Source: Octopus vulgaris
Taxonomy: Eukaryota
DNA length: 64,000 bases
Direction: 5' to 3'
Assembly (NCBI GenBank): GCA_951406725.2
Contig: OX597819.1
Location: 30,504,001-30,568,000, forward strand
The notes beneath the pieces are model-generated. The model was not told where the DNA came from. It was given only the letters and a program-made list of their open reading frames with translations, and did no database searches. How positions within the stretch are numbered: the first letter of the stretch is position 1; each line of letters starts with the position of its first letter. A program made the translations under genes and the position numbers. Of this stretch, positions 39,111-51,721 are shown piece by piece.

Positions 39111-40637
39111 TAATTCTTTATTATGATAAAATAATCCAAGATAGAGGGGACAGCACAGGACGTTACAAACAGATAGTGTTCATGAGTTTGTTTTTTATGC
39201 GATTAAAAATATAAGATGATATATATTAGTTAATTATAATTAAGAATTTAACGCCTTGGACGGAAAGTCCACCGGCTACACTGTAGGAATTTACCATGGA
39301 TAGTATTAAGCATGGTCATTCATACCCACATTCTTCCATCGTTTCCTGTATACACTTGCTCTTCAGATGATATCTGAAGTAATATAGCAGACCAGGGCCG
39401 GAGATGAATATTCCCGTCGCAACTCCTTTCATTCTAGTTTTCCATATACACTCTTTCAATACCGCAACTGTTTATAAAAATACATGCCTTACCTTCCTTT
39501 GATAGTCTGGGTGGGGGTGCAATCTTAATCATGCACTCAGCTGATAGCTGTACTCTTCCCAGATGTGACAGAACGTGTTCTGCATAAACTACCAAGCCCG
39601 AAATCTCCGGGCACTGAACAAGGGCGTACAGAACGGTTTCATCATCCTGCCCACACCTTGAGAATGCCGGTGGCAGACATCCCACGCCTAGACAGTTTAT
39701 CATGAACAGGTAAAGCATTCCAGGTCAGGGATTTCTGGTAGTTATCCAGGTACCCCGACCCGAAAGTTCTGGCCCTCATCGAGCCTCCGACCTTCTCTTA
39801 GGACGTCATCCCTCTTGAACTCTACCACCCCGCTATAGAGTATCGAGGTGGTACTCCCGCTGCTGGACTTTCCAGCTTTGTGGATTAGCACGAGTGCCTG
39901 TCTCCACTCTTTTTGCCATTCAGTCAGGTTCCGCCTTTTTATGAAATTGGGTTTCAATTCCTCTAAGAAGACCCCTCGCGGAAAGAATGTCTCCACCAGC
40001 GGATTCCACACCTGGTCACCTTCCAGATAGAATCAGAGGTACCTTAGCCTCAGCGCTTACTTGAGCGTCATCAGCCACGGCATCCCTAACCCACCCTTTA
40101 GCGGTTTCTGGCAGCAGATAGAGCGCCTCACAAGCGGTTTTCCTCCCTTCCACAAAAAGCGAAAGAGAAGGCGTTCCAACTTATTTAGCCATGGATCAGA
40201 GCAAGAGACAACGGTGAGACGGTAGGTGATAACAGATACAATATACACCTGCACCACCTCCGCCCTCCCTTCCAGGAATAGCGCCCTTCCAGATAAGGTC
40301 CGAATTAGGGCTGCCACCCTATCTGCCACCTCACTCCAGTTCTTCTCCATCTGGGAATCCGGTGCAAACCAGACTCCAAGCAACTTAACAGGACCTTCTG
40401 TCCAGTATCCCATGACATTTGATGGTATCGTCTTGCCACTCTAGGTGCCAAGCCGCAAGCTGATGGGCTTGTCCTAGTTAATTTTTTGCCCCTGTCACCG
40501 ACTCGTATCCTTTGATTGCATCCTCTACACAAGATAGCTGAGCTTTATCAGATACGGTGATGGTGACGTCATCTGCGTAAGCAGAAACAGACTTACCACA
40601 TTCCAACTCATTGGCGATGCCTCCCAAATTCTCCAAC
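39111..40637 (-). mobile_element. 5'-truncated L1/Tx1-clade LINE
   Basis: SAYADDVT RT motif, KLLGVWF, FRFLWKG..GGLG, C-terminal RCG..DETV..ALVQC; 3' end AATAAAGAATTA. Confidence 0.9.
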
Positions 40638-41618
40638 ATCCCTGGCCGGTGATGAGAAGCGATAGTCTGGAGAAAGTCTCTAGTATAGACGCCTAGAGCA
40701 TATAAGCACAGAAATATCGGTAGCAGGCGAGAAATGTGAAGCGACGGTGGTGGAATTATTGCATCACGTGATTTCGATATGTCTTTGCGCTTCACCAGTA
40801 GCAAGCTTCCACTGACAGTGTACTGGCCAAACGTCGGTGGCATGATAGACGAAAGTACTGAGAATAGGAAGCACTCTGTCCTTCGCAGAACTCTCGTTGT
40901 CCTTGTGAAAACGAAATTGGAAAGGTCAATCAATATGAAAGTATCAGGTTTTTTTTTTACCTTTTTCTTTTAATCGATTCATTGATGGAAGAAGCGTAAC
41001 ACAGCGTCCCTTTCGACAATCTTTGAGATTGTTGGGAAGAATGGAAATTGTTTATCATCCTCAGACTGATATCTGGCAAGAAGAACGCTTGCAAACAGAG
41101 ACAACCCCCCACTAAAAGCTCGCAGGTGCTAAATGGTGGTGGTCCTACTAAACCTGGAAACAGATTAAGTCTGACACCCAAATAGCTGAGAAAGAATAGA
41201 TAAAGTGGGTGACAGAAGTGAAGTAAAGCACACTTCGGAGTTACAGTTGCTCTTCTCCCGAAAAACAGTGTCTTTTAAGATTCGTACATAATTGTTTATT
41301 TATTTATTTATTTTTTAATTATTTTTTCTTCATCTCCAAAGACTTTGTGCTGAAAAAAATTAAAGAGAACACCTCATCATCAATTCCAATTTCATCCACA
41401 CATCCCCTCCTCCCCATCTCCCTCGTTACCATCACAGCCATCGTGGTGGTCGTCGTCGTCATCATCATCATCGTCATCATCAGTTACTGAGGTATTGCTT
41501 TCATTATCTTCTCTCGTCTCGTGAGTTTTGGTGGGGTTCTCCACTTTCAGCTTCTTCCAATCAGCCAGCCACGCGTTTGGTGTAAGAACTTAGAATTCCT
41601 TATGAGGAAACGCCACTA

Positions 41619-42056
41619 CTCTTCTTCTTCTTCTTCTTCTTCTTCTTCTTCTTCTTCTTCTTCTTCTTCTTCTTCTTCACTTTCTTCTTCTTCACTTTCT
41701 TCTTCTTCACTTTCTTCTTCTTCCCTTTCTTCTTCTTCTTCTTCTTCTTCTTCTTCTTCTTCTTCTTCTTCTTCTTCTTCTTCTTCTTCTTCTTCACTTT
41801 CTTCTTCACTTTCTTCTTCTTCTTCTTCTTCTTCTTCTTCTTCTTCTTCTTCTTCACTTTCTTCTTCACTTTCTTCTTCTTCTTCTTCTTCTTCTTCTTC
41901 ACTTTCTTCTTCACTTTCTTCTTCTTCTTCTTCACCTTCTTCGTCTTCTTCTTCTTCACTTTCTTCTTCTTCTTCTTCTTCTTCTTCTTCTTCTTCTTCT
42001 TCTTCTTCTTCTTCTTCTTCTTCTTCTACTACTTCTTCTTCTTCACTTTCTTCTCT
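41619..42056. repeat. ~435-bp (GAA/TTC)n array with in-frame AGT interruptions
   Basis: Directly visible. Confidence 0.95.
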
Positions 42057-42699
42057 ACTTCCTCTCACCACTATAACCGATGTAAAAAAAAGCAGAATCT
42101 GATGAAGCTAGTGATAGTCCACGTCGGCATGATATTAATATAAATAAGTTTTAAAATTGGGCATATGTTCTACATTGTGGAGGGAGAAAAAATATCTTCT
42201 TGCATCGTTTAAATTATCTGTATATAATTATGGTTTCGCGCTTTATAACGTATCATCATCATCGTCGTCGTCGTCGTTGTCATCATCATCATCATCATCA
42301 TCATCACCACCATCATTATCATAATCACAAACATCGCAGCTACCACCACCACAACAGCAACAATAACAACCACAGCCTCCACTATCACCGCAGCCGCCAC
42401 CACCGATGACAACAACAATATCACCACCAACATCGTCGTCACTTTCATCATTAATTTAATTTGAAACATCTGATAACGCTTATTAAAGTGACGTAATTAT
42501 ACAGAACGGAAGAATGGCATCAACCATTGACACAAAACATTGACTCTGTCAACTCCTTATTTCTCTTGTACTCTTACTATAACAGCTTCTACTCCTCTGA
42601 ACTAGTAAGCTTCGCTTATGCCGACTATCTGTTCTACCCACCTCTCCTCTTCTCACCTACGCACCTCCAATCTTCTCACATGCAAAATTTGCGTGAGTG

Positions 42700-42793
<94 letters not shown>

Positions 42794-43379
42794 CGTGTGC
42801 TAAAAATTTCGTTCAATCATTCTTCCCCAGAAATCCATTCCCCCCAGAGCTTCCTCATCCTCGTTTCTCCTCACATGGTGACATTAATTACATTGATGTC
42901 ACTAGAGCAAAAAGAGCTGCAAATACTATCGATGCTCCCAACCGTAAGGTGTACTCACTTAAAAATTCTTAACAGTGGGCTGCACTAAACAACAGGTACA
43001 TCTTTTACTGCGTGGAGATGACTCTTCTTTCACGAATATACTTAAGTGGTTTGGCTTTAGCTTTCCTAGCTGTGGCACTTGAATAATGTTTTTATTATAT
43101 ATATAAAAATAAAAGCAATTCACTTTCTCTTTACGACGCGCAAAGAAAGAACACTTCACAAGTGAATAATTTTCTTAGAATAAAAAGAACGGCAGTGTGT
43201 GATACGAGGGAGATTTGGTTGTCATTTTAAGCCGTTCGAGCTATCATGTAAGGGGTTCCCTTACAGACCTGGAGCATCATTTTGCAAGTTCGGACTTTCA
43301 GGATATTACGAGAAAAATAATATCCTGAGTTTTAAGGACTTGGTTAAAGTTTCTTCGCAGAGAATTCTATTTTCACTAA

Positions 43380-43595
43380 CAGGTGTGGCTGTGTAGCAAG
43401 AAGCTTACTTTCCAACCACATGGTTCCAGGTTCAATCCCACTGCATGGCGCTTTGCACAAGTGTCTTCTACCGTAGCTTCGGGCCGAGTAAAACTTTGTG
43501 TGTGGATTTGATAGATGGAAAACTGAAATAAGCCCGTCGTATTTGTGCGTGTGTATGTGTGTGTACTATTTACTCTTTTAGTTGTTTCAGTCATT
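43380..43595 (+). mobile_element. SINE family B 5' half
   Basis: GGTGTGGCTGTGTAGCAAGAAGC..GGTTCAATCCCACTGC. Confidence 0.75.
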
Positions 43596-44275
43596 GGTGT
43601 TGGTGGTGGTGGTGGCTGCGGTGATTGTAGGGATGGTGGTGATTGGATAGTGAAAAGTGTATTTTTTGTTAATTGAACTAAGTTTTGTATATCACCTATA
43701 TACATAAGTGCAATTCCGTGAAATATTCAAGCTTACGTGGCAGATATGTGCAATTTAACTAAAGGTTGTATCATATGTACGGGATATTTTTTCTTTTTGT
43801 TTATGGGGAAAATGGAAAGATATGAGTAAATATTCCTGAGAATTCGAACTGGACAGACTACAACCCAGGTCTTTAAGGTAACCCCTACATGATAGATCGA
43901 ATGACCACAAAATGACAACCAAATCTCCGTCTTTACACACTACCGTTTGAAATTGTTCCATCGCATCGTTTGTACGACTACCTGATCTTGAGCGGAATCC
44001 GCTCTACTGCCAGCATCGAGAGTAGTTTTTCGGCTTGAGGATATATTTTCTCTCTTCCCACAAGTCTCGAAGGCCCTGTAAGGGTTCGTGGAGACTAGCT
44101 TCCCTCCTGACTGAAAGATAAAAAGAAATTAATTGAAGTTTATGCAAGTCTTGATGCACTGTGCCTGAAATGTCTTTGATCATAAGTCTGCTTAATCACA
44201 GCTGACTTGGGGCTAACAGTAACATTAATAATAAACATAGCCTTATTTTCATCGTTAAGTCCGAGAAGGCGTGCA

Positions 44276-44467
44276 ACATTGTAAATATTGCAAAATATTC
44301 TCGATTAATTTGTAGTGTGAAAAGTTAGGGTTCGGCTTAATTCAGGAGCACAAAAAATAGAGAACCTCCGTACGGTTGCGTTTATTCCAAATGAGAAGTA
44401 TATGTAATGTTTGATGTAATATTTGAGGAGTAACAAATTCAATCACCAGTTCACCCACTCACACACA

Positions 44468-44534
<67 letters not shown>

Positions 44535-45107
44535 CACAAATACACTCGCATAAACACTCACACGCGCACTATGAACGACGAATTGAGGAGATACCCATGA
44601 AATGTATATCTTAAGTTGAGATAAAGTTTAAAGTTCTTGGTAGTAGCAAAAGATGCAGGAAGGATATGAATATAAAAGTCAGCCAGAGAGGAAATGTCTT
44701 TGTTTTCAAGCAAAAAGAAGTCTTTCAAATGGGCGTTTAGAAATTTAATTTTCGTGTTCTGGAATTTCCCAAAACAGATGTGGTTGTAGCAGTTTAATTC
44801 TAAGTAAAATACTCTACAGTGAAGTGTTTTCGTGCGTCATAGAGAGAAAGTGAATGGTTTTTATTTATATTAATGTGTGGCGGAAGAGCCTTGACAAAGA
44901 AACCCCAAAATAATAATAATAATAAAGCTGAAGTAAAGACCAAACACTTAGTGCATTTCCTCTCTTGTTGACTATTGTATTGCATATCTTTCTTGCATCT
45001 TTTGCGGCTATCAAGAACTTTAAGCTCTAACTCAGCTAAATTCGTTGTCCATAGTGCGTGTGTGTATGTTTATGCGTGTGTGCTTGTGTGTGTGTGTGTG
45101 TGAGTGC

Positions 45108-45179
<72 letters not shown>

Positions 45180-45381
45180 GTGTGTGTCAGTGAGTTGGAG
45201 AGTGAATGTGTTTCTCCTTAAATATTACGTCAAACATTACATACACTTCTCATTTGGAATAAGCGCAACTGTATGGGGGTTTTCTATTTTTTGTGCTCCC
45301 GAATTAAGCCGAACCTGAATTAAATCTAACTTTTCACATTACTACAAATTAATCGAGAATAATTTACAATATTTACAATGT
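44276..45381. repeat. Diverged ~185-bp inverted repeat extended by (CA)n/(TG)n
   Basis: 44276-44455 is the imperfect reverse complement of 45190-45381; the inner CA and TG tracts are also complementary. Confidence 0.85.
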
Positions 45382-45399
45382 CGTACTTAAATTTCGAAA

Positions 45400-45878
45400 G
45401 CAACGGTGTATTTGTTTTCTCGGCAATGTTTTCATTAAAATATATACACGAAAACCGTCGTATAACAATCCAGGAAATTGCTCACAGAAGGGAAATAAAT
45501 ACAGGGTCAGTGCATTTCGTTTTAAGGGAAAATTTGTGCATTCGTAATGTGTCTGTGAAATTCGTCCCCACGCTGCTGACGGAGCAGAGAAACAACTCCG
45601 CATGGGAATTGTTCAGGACATGCTAGACTGTGCAAACCACGGCCCAGATTTCATGAAGATTATCATTACTGGTGATGAAACATGCATTCGATCATCTTGC
45701 GTAAAACCGAAAACTGGACGAGCGTGCATTACACGTCAGTACTCTAGGCGTAAAAGTCGTAAATTCTTTCGTATGCGCAGGAAGGGTGACGTCACTTCCC
45801 TTCAAAAGGATTTTGCCCATGTGGCATTAGTTTTGCTGGGGGAAAAGTAGTCGGATACCTTTTGAACGCACCTCGAAT
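45400..45878 (+). mobile_element. Deleted mariner remnant
   Basis: NRRITIQEIA..VKFVPTLLT and IITGDET motifs; 3' TIR-like CGGATACCTTTTGAACGCACCTCG. Confidence 0.75.
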
Positions 45879-46911
45879 ATGTAAGCGTACATATGTGTGT
45901 GAAGATATGTAAGCATGGACTTCATGAAAATTTGGACGCAAAGCGGAATTCCTTAACGCAAAAGACATTCATGTTATATGAAAGTCAATGGAAAATAAGT
46001 TTCACGTTCAGGAATTCCCCATCACAGCGAGATTTTCAGGAATGCAACGGAAGATGCCTGCACTTGCCTGGTATTAATTTAATGCATCCTAGACGTGTCG
46101 GGATTTCTAAAAATACGACCATTATTTGTGATATAAAATCATTGCCAACATAAGTATTAGCACCAGCACAGCTATCGCTACCACCCACCTGCTGCAGCAG
46201 CATAAGTAACACTTACAGTTGTAGCAGCAGTACCACTGCTAGTAATTTCTACTTTCACTGCCCCCACCCCCACCCTAACTACAATTAGTGCTACCAACGC
46301 TTAGCAACTACCATCTTACTTATACTGCTTCCACTATTGTTGCTACCGCCATCCCGCTTCTTACCAAAGAATACCAAATGCAACCGGTTAATCAACAGCA
46401 TAAACATATCAAAACACGCGCGTACATACGCGCGCGCAAAAAATAAGCACGGCACACACGGGATATGTTGTTTAATAGAATAAAAATTAACAACATGCGA
46501 AAGCCTTTATAGACACCACATTGAGTTTACATAAAGAAACAACTCTTGCCTATAAACAGTATCCTGGAACCATCATGTATTATAATAATTTTGCTCTGAA
46601 CTACCAAAGTCTCCGCAGCAAATCCCAGCAAACAATACGAGAAAACGAGGAAGCTTCTTACGCTTTGCAAGAAATACCAGCCAAATTTTCTTCAGATTAC
46701 ATCCACCATCATCTTAAAAAAGAAAGGACACATCAGACAATGGCATATTCACTACTGGAAAATGTGAATGTGTTTGGGCATAGTTTTTCTGTTAGAGTTG
46801 GTGGCGCTTACATAGCAAACATAAGCTACTTCACGATTACGCTACGCACCACCGTCACCATCTCATACGACAACCTTGACATTGTTAACAGTATCAGATG
46901 ATAACATATAT

Positions 46912-46947
<36 letters not shown>

Positions 46948-47017
46948 CAATATAAGATATTAAACCAGTCTAATTTGGATGAAATCATCCCTTTATGAGG
47001 TAATATATTCTCGCAGT

Positions 47018-47053
<36 letters not shown>

Positions 47054-47055
47054 TA

Positions 47056-47230
47056 CACTCGGAGTGGTTGGTGTTAGGAATGGGCATCCAGCTGTAGAAA
47101 CTCTGCCAAATCAAGACTGGAGCCAGGTGCAGCCATCTGGTTCGCCAGCCCTCAGTCAAAATCGTCCAACCCATGCTAGCATGGAAAGCGGACGTTAAAC
47201 GATGATGATGATGATGATGATGATGATGAT
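47056..47230 (+). mobile_element. RTE-type 3' end with (GAT)n tail
   Basis: CGTCCAACCCATGCTAGCATGGAAAGCGGACGTTAAAC followed by (GAT)n. Confidence 0.7.
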
Positions 47231-47328
47231 ATATTAGAAGAAAAAAAACACCTTTCATCAATTCAATAATGAAAAATAGTATTTCTAATTTGAATTTTTC
47301 CTTGTAAGTTTGCAATAATATTCCCTCA

Positions 47329-47407
<79 letters not shown>

Positions 47408-47853
47408 TATAGTACTGTTTAGAGGCAGATGGAAATTATCAATGGCTGCAAGAAACCGAAGAAAAACAGTTTATCACGTTTGTTCCTTTTTGGTCAAAAA
47501 GGTTACTTAAAACAGAAGAAAGCTGTGAATGAGGAGAATTGGGATGGAGTTTGATAGGTAGCAACAGATGTTTTAAGGTGTAAACATCTCTTTCTAATTC
47601 TAGCAAATAAGAAGCCTGGTTTGATAATCTGGAGTGAGAAATGTAGGGAAGTATATCTTAATCAATTAACTGTTTCCACAATATTGATGCTGCTGAGGTT
47701 AGGAAAGACGAGCGTTATGAAGTGCTAGTAGAAGACAGTGAAGATGCTTGTTGATGTGCAGCACACTTTCCTGCAGAGGTTGAATATAGAGGTTATATTG
47801 AAACCATACTTAGAGGATAAGTGTTATCAATTGTTGTGATACATTGTAAAGCT

Positions 47854-48238
47854 GGATGGAAGCACTCCGTCGGTTACGACGACGAGGGTTCCGGTTCATC
47901 CGAATCAACGGAACAGCCTGCTCGTGAAATTAACGTGTAAGTGGCTGAGCACTCCACAGACACGTGTACCCTTAACGTAGTTCTCGGGGATATTCAGCGT
48001 GACACAGAGAGTGACAAGGCCGGCCCTTTGAAATACAGATACAACATAAACAGGAAGTAAGAGTGACAGAAAGTTGTGGTGAAAGAGTACAGCAGGGATC
48101 ACCACCATCCCTGCCGGATCCTCGTGGAGCTTTAGGTGTTTTCGCTCAATAAACACTCACAACGCCCGGTCTGGGAATCGAAACTGCGATCCTACGACCG
48201 CGAGTCCGCTGCCCTAACCACTGGGCCATTGCGCCTCC
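47854..48238 (-). mobile_element. tRNA-derived SINE (family E)
   Basis: 13-bp TSD ACATTGTAAAGCT (47841-47853, 48239-48251); probably sits in an old L2/CR1-like fragment. Confidence 0.92.
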
Positions 48239-48849
48239 ACATTGTAAAGCTAACGCTATCTTGAAAGGAATTCAGTCAACAGTTGTGATGACTATTAGAT
48301 ATTGCTAAAAAGGGCTGAAGAAACTTGGTTAGAAAAGTGATATATAGATGTGAGGTAGGTACCTATTAACTTACATGGCAAGTTAGACCTGCACGACTCA
48401 CATCAGTGAGATGGAAGCAGTGTAAAGCCTCCAAGAGAAATACTTCCAAACGGTACGAACTCTCTCTCGGTAACGCCTGAAAACTACTGGCGTTCTGTAT
48501 GCAAAGCTTTCGCTTTGGCAACGCATGCACTAGCGAGCTCTATGCAAGTCTCTATATGTCTATGTGTTTCTACATACTCATAGTTAAATGTGAATAACGA
48601 TAGAATTTATTTCATGTGAAACGCGAGTCACTAAGTACTTTATATTTCAATAGTTGTGTTTTAGGTTTCGCTAGCTGTGTCCCTCTACAATGTCTGCCTG
48701 TCGGTCGGTCTTTCCCTCCTCGCTTCTCTCTCTTTCTCACACCATCAATAGTTTCAACCGATCACAAATTATTTCGCACACAGCTAATTAATAATATAGT
48801 ACTAGTTGTATAGAATATAAGCATGCACGTATTTGTGAATGATGTGATG

Positions 48850-49605
48850 TATGAAGGCGTTTGATATTGCTGCCATCATTTGAGTTTCTTGCCGTGATAT
48901 AGGCTCGTCTGGGATCTTGGAAATAGAAAGTTATGGTGCTTCTTGAAAACATGTACTCCATTCCATGTAGTTCTCTCAGTTTTGGGCAGGATATTAAACA
49001 ACTGTGAGCCCGTGAATCCTAAGCTACTGCAATATCTGCTCCTTACTCTAGACGGAGTGGTTGGAATCTTAGGTACAGTACAGTGGCCTCCTGTTTGGGA
49101 GTTTGTGTAACTCTCGATACCGAAGTTTGATACTATCCCCTCCAGAATCTTCCATATGTACAGCACCACACATTTTATATTCGTTCCAGGGTGTAGAGTG
49201 TAATACTTTCAGCCTGTCACACCAGTTCAATTATTTCATTGATGCAGTCTTCTTTGCGTAACAGTATTGAACTACTTTAAGTTCTGCTATTAATTTGACA
49301 CTATGTTGTGACCATATTTCAGAGCAGTAGGATAGACAACTGAGAGATCAGCATGGCTTTCTGGTCCTTCTGGCCATTCGCCTGCGCATTGCTACCATCT
49401 TGGTGATTTGTACATGAAACGAAACATCGTTGTTCACATTAATGCTCTGTTCACGCATTGTGTTTGACTTTGGGTTTGCCGTTCCTTTTGGTTCAAAATA
49501 TCTTTGTTGCAGTGTGTTGGAAAAAGCTGGCTGATAGCAGAATACTTGAATTTTCCCGCATTAAATTGCAGGTTAATTTCTTTAGCCAATTTATATATAG
49601 CAGAT
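48850..49605 (-). mobile_element. CR1-group LINE ORF2 3' fragment
   Basis: LYIWKILEGIV...GSQLFNILPK and LQFNAGKF motifs; truncated at the Helitron-like insertion at 49609. Confidence 0.75.
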
Positions 49606-49608
49606 ATA

Positions 49609-51720
49609 TCTCTATATCTATAAACAGCAAAATGTCTGTGTATCTGTGTGTCTGTGTGTCCTTTATACAAATCCACAGTTTTTCACATAAAAGGCTCACA
49701 TTTTCTATGGGCTTTCAAAATTGTCAGAAGGTGGTCGTGAAGATCTTTTCATTTCCCCAGTCACCCCACAAAAAAATTTTTAAATCGATAAACCGACTCC
49801 TTATGCTCACAAGTTATGGGCATATCCATTCAAAATCGGTAAAACATAGACATTTTTACGCGGTTCGTGCGTACAGCTCGATACGCCAATAGACTGCCAG
49901 CTATTTTTGATTGGACAGAGATAATTTTACCCTTGACAGTTGAATGCGCGTGCGCATTTGCAGACAGTCTGTATGACTCAGCGCATTTTTGTGTTTTACG
50001 AAGAAGTGACATCATGTGTTTTGGCTTTCAAACATGCACGCTTTTTTGATTTGAGAAATGCAGGGAATAATTAACGAGTTAGACCAAGTGAAAGACAAGA
50101 GAGCGGGATTTTCATGAAAGATCAAATATGCTTGATATGCTATCATTCCTTAAGTATGCCATAAAAGAGTTGGAGCCTATTCAATGAATCTATTTAGGAA
50201 GGGTTTTACTTTTATGCTTTCGGTTGATTTAAGTTATCCAGCGAGAGCCCAGGATGTTTTATTCAGGTAGGATTAAAAATGAAAAATGGGTAAGTTGACC
50301 CCCCACCCCACCCAAGGGGTTTTCATAAAAAACGTTTCTTTGTTTGCATTTAGCCTAAGATCGAATCATTTGCTACCTACACAGCAGGGGCATAGGGTTA
50401 TCAGGGTGATCCTTTTGGTGCAAGAAATCTTAATTTGATTCGAGTTTACCAAAATTGCCAATCAATCAGTGGAAACTCAATAAAACTATTCCTTGCGGGT
50501 TTCCGCATTTAAATTGACTGCAACCTTTTAGCTTTAACTTGAGGTACGAATGACCTAAGATACAAAGATTTTCTTAAGCGAAATTTCATGCTCTTGTGTT
50601 TTGAGATACGAGTGAAAATTGAGATACTAATTAATTTCCAGTCACATTTCCCCGCTCGCTAGAAAATTTTTTAAATTTGTCAGCGCTGATTATTCATTCC
50701 ATTTTGTTGGTGAAGGTTTGCTTTCATGGTGGTCTTTATCGATTTTCTAACATGCTCCCCCTTCATCTTCAACAAAGCCGCCAAATTTGCGATGATTAAT
50801 TACCCAGTGCAGCTGCACCTCTGGGTGGGCTCAGAATCTGCAAAGGCTCAGTCAAACGTGTTAAAAAACATATGCGATGGAAAGGCGAACATAATTTCCG
50901 AAAACAAAGAAAGCGATTTAGCATAAAATGAAGCAATCTTTATCTGTAAAAAGCCTGAGTTTTGTTCTTACCCAATTTTATAGCTAAACAAACAGAAGCT
51001 CACTGGTACCTAAGACAATTCAAGGCTAGAACTCACGAGTCATACAGTGTTTCTGCACTACTTTAGTAAGAACTTTTTATTGAAACACCGGAAACGAACA
51101 ACAAGCACATGATTTGAAGCTTTCAGTTAGCGGGAGTGTGCACACGTCATAGTCGGACAAAAAAAGAGGAAGCAGAAAGCGAAAAACTCGAATTTGACCG
51201 CACCACAGCATTATTTTGAAAATACACATAACCATCGTTTGTTGAGTTCGCATTCAGCCTGAGGTCGAATCGTTCGCTATCTACATAGCAGGTGACAAGG
51301 GTACTCAGGTTATTACTTATGGTGTGTGAAATCTTAATTTGATTAGAGTTTACCTATAACAATCCCTTACGGGCTTCCCCTTTCAAATTGAATTACAACT
51401 GCTTTCTTTTAGCCTTAACTTGCACATAATAAACTTTTTGTTTGTTACCGCAAATTGATTGGGTTTTCCTCACTTCACAAATGCCCTATGTTTTTCTAAC
51501 TTGAATCCACTTTACATTAAGTAAACACCACAAAAAGCGTTTTCCCGCGTAGACACTTAGTCATCCTGTGCGTGTATGTGCGTGAGCGTGGCACTGCGTA
51601 TGACCTTGAACGTGTGCGTGTACTGGCCAATGCTGTTGAGGGACATACGTAAACGTTTGATCTTGGTCGCGCGGCCTTGGATTTGCGCGTACCAGATCAT
51701 TATCTTGAAATACTAACGAG
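49609..51720 (+). mobile_element. Helitron-like non-autonomous element
   Basis: 5' end homologous to the 30696 Helitron 5' end; internal direct repeats (about 50340-50530 and 51270-51420); CGCG hairpin near 51670; no canonical CTAG end found. Confidence 0.55.
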
Positions 51721-51721
51721 T

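Noticed and set aside
40478-40933. 151-aa ORF that looks like a host-RT fusion
   Set aside because: Only the last ~50 aa are Tx1 RT; the upstream part is flank read through the truncation junction, has a TTG start and no recognisable domain.
46521-46901. 126-aa ORF
   Set aside because: TTG start, no domain, and its middle overlaps a degenerate dispersed repeat also seen near 10990, 32270 and 37350.
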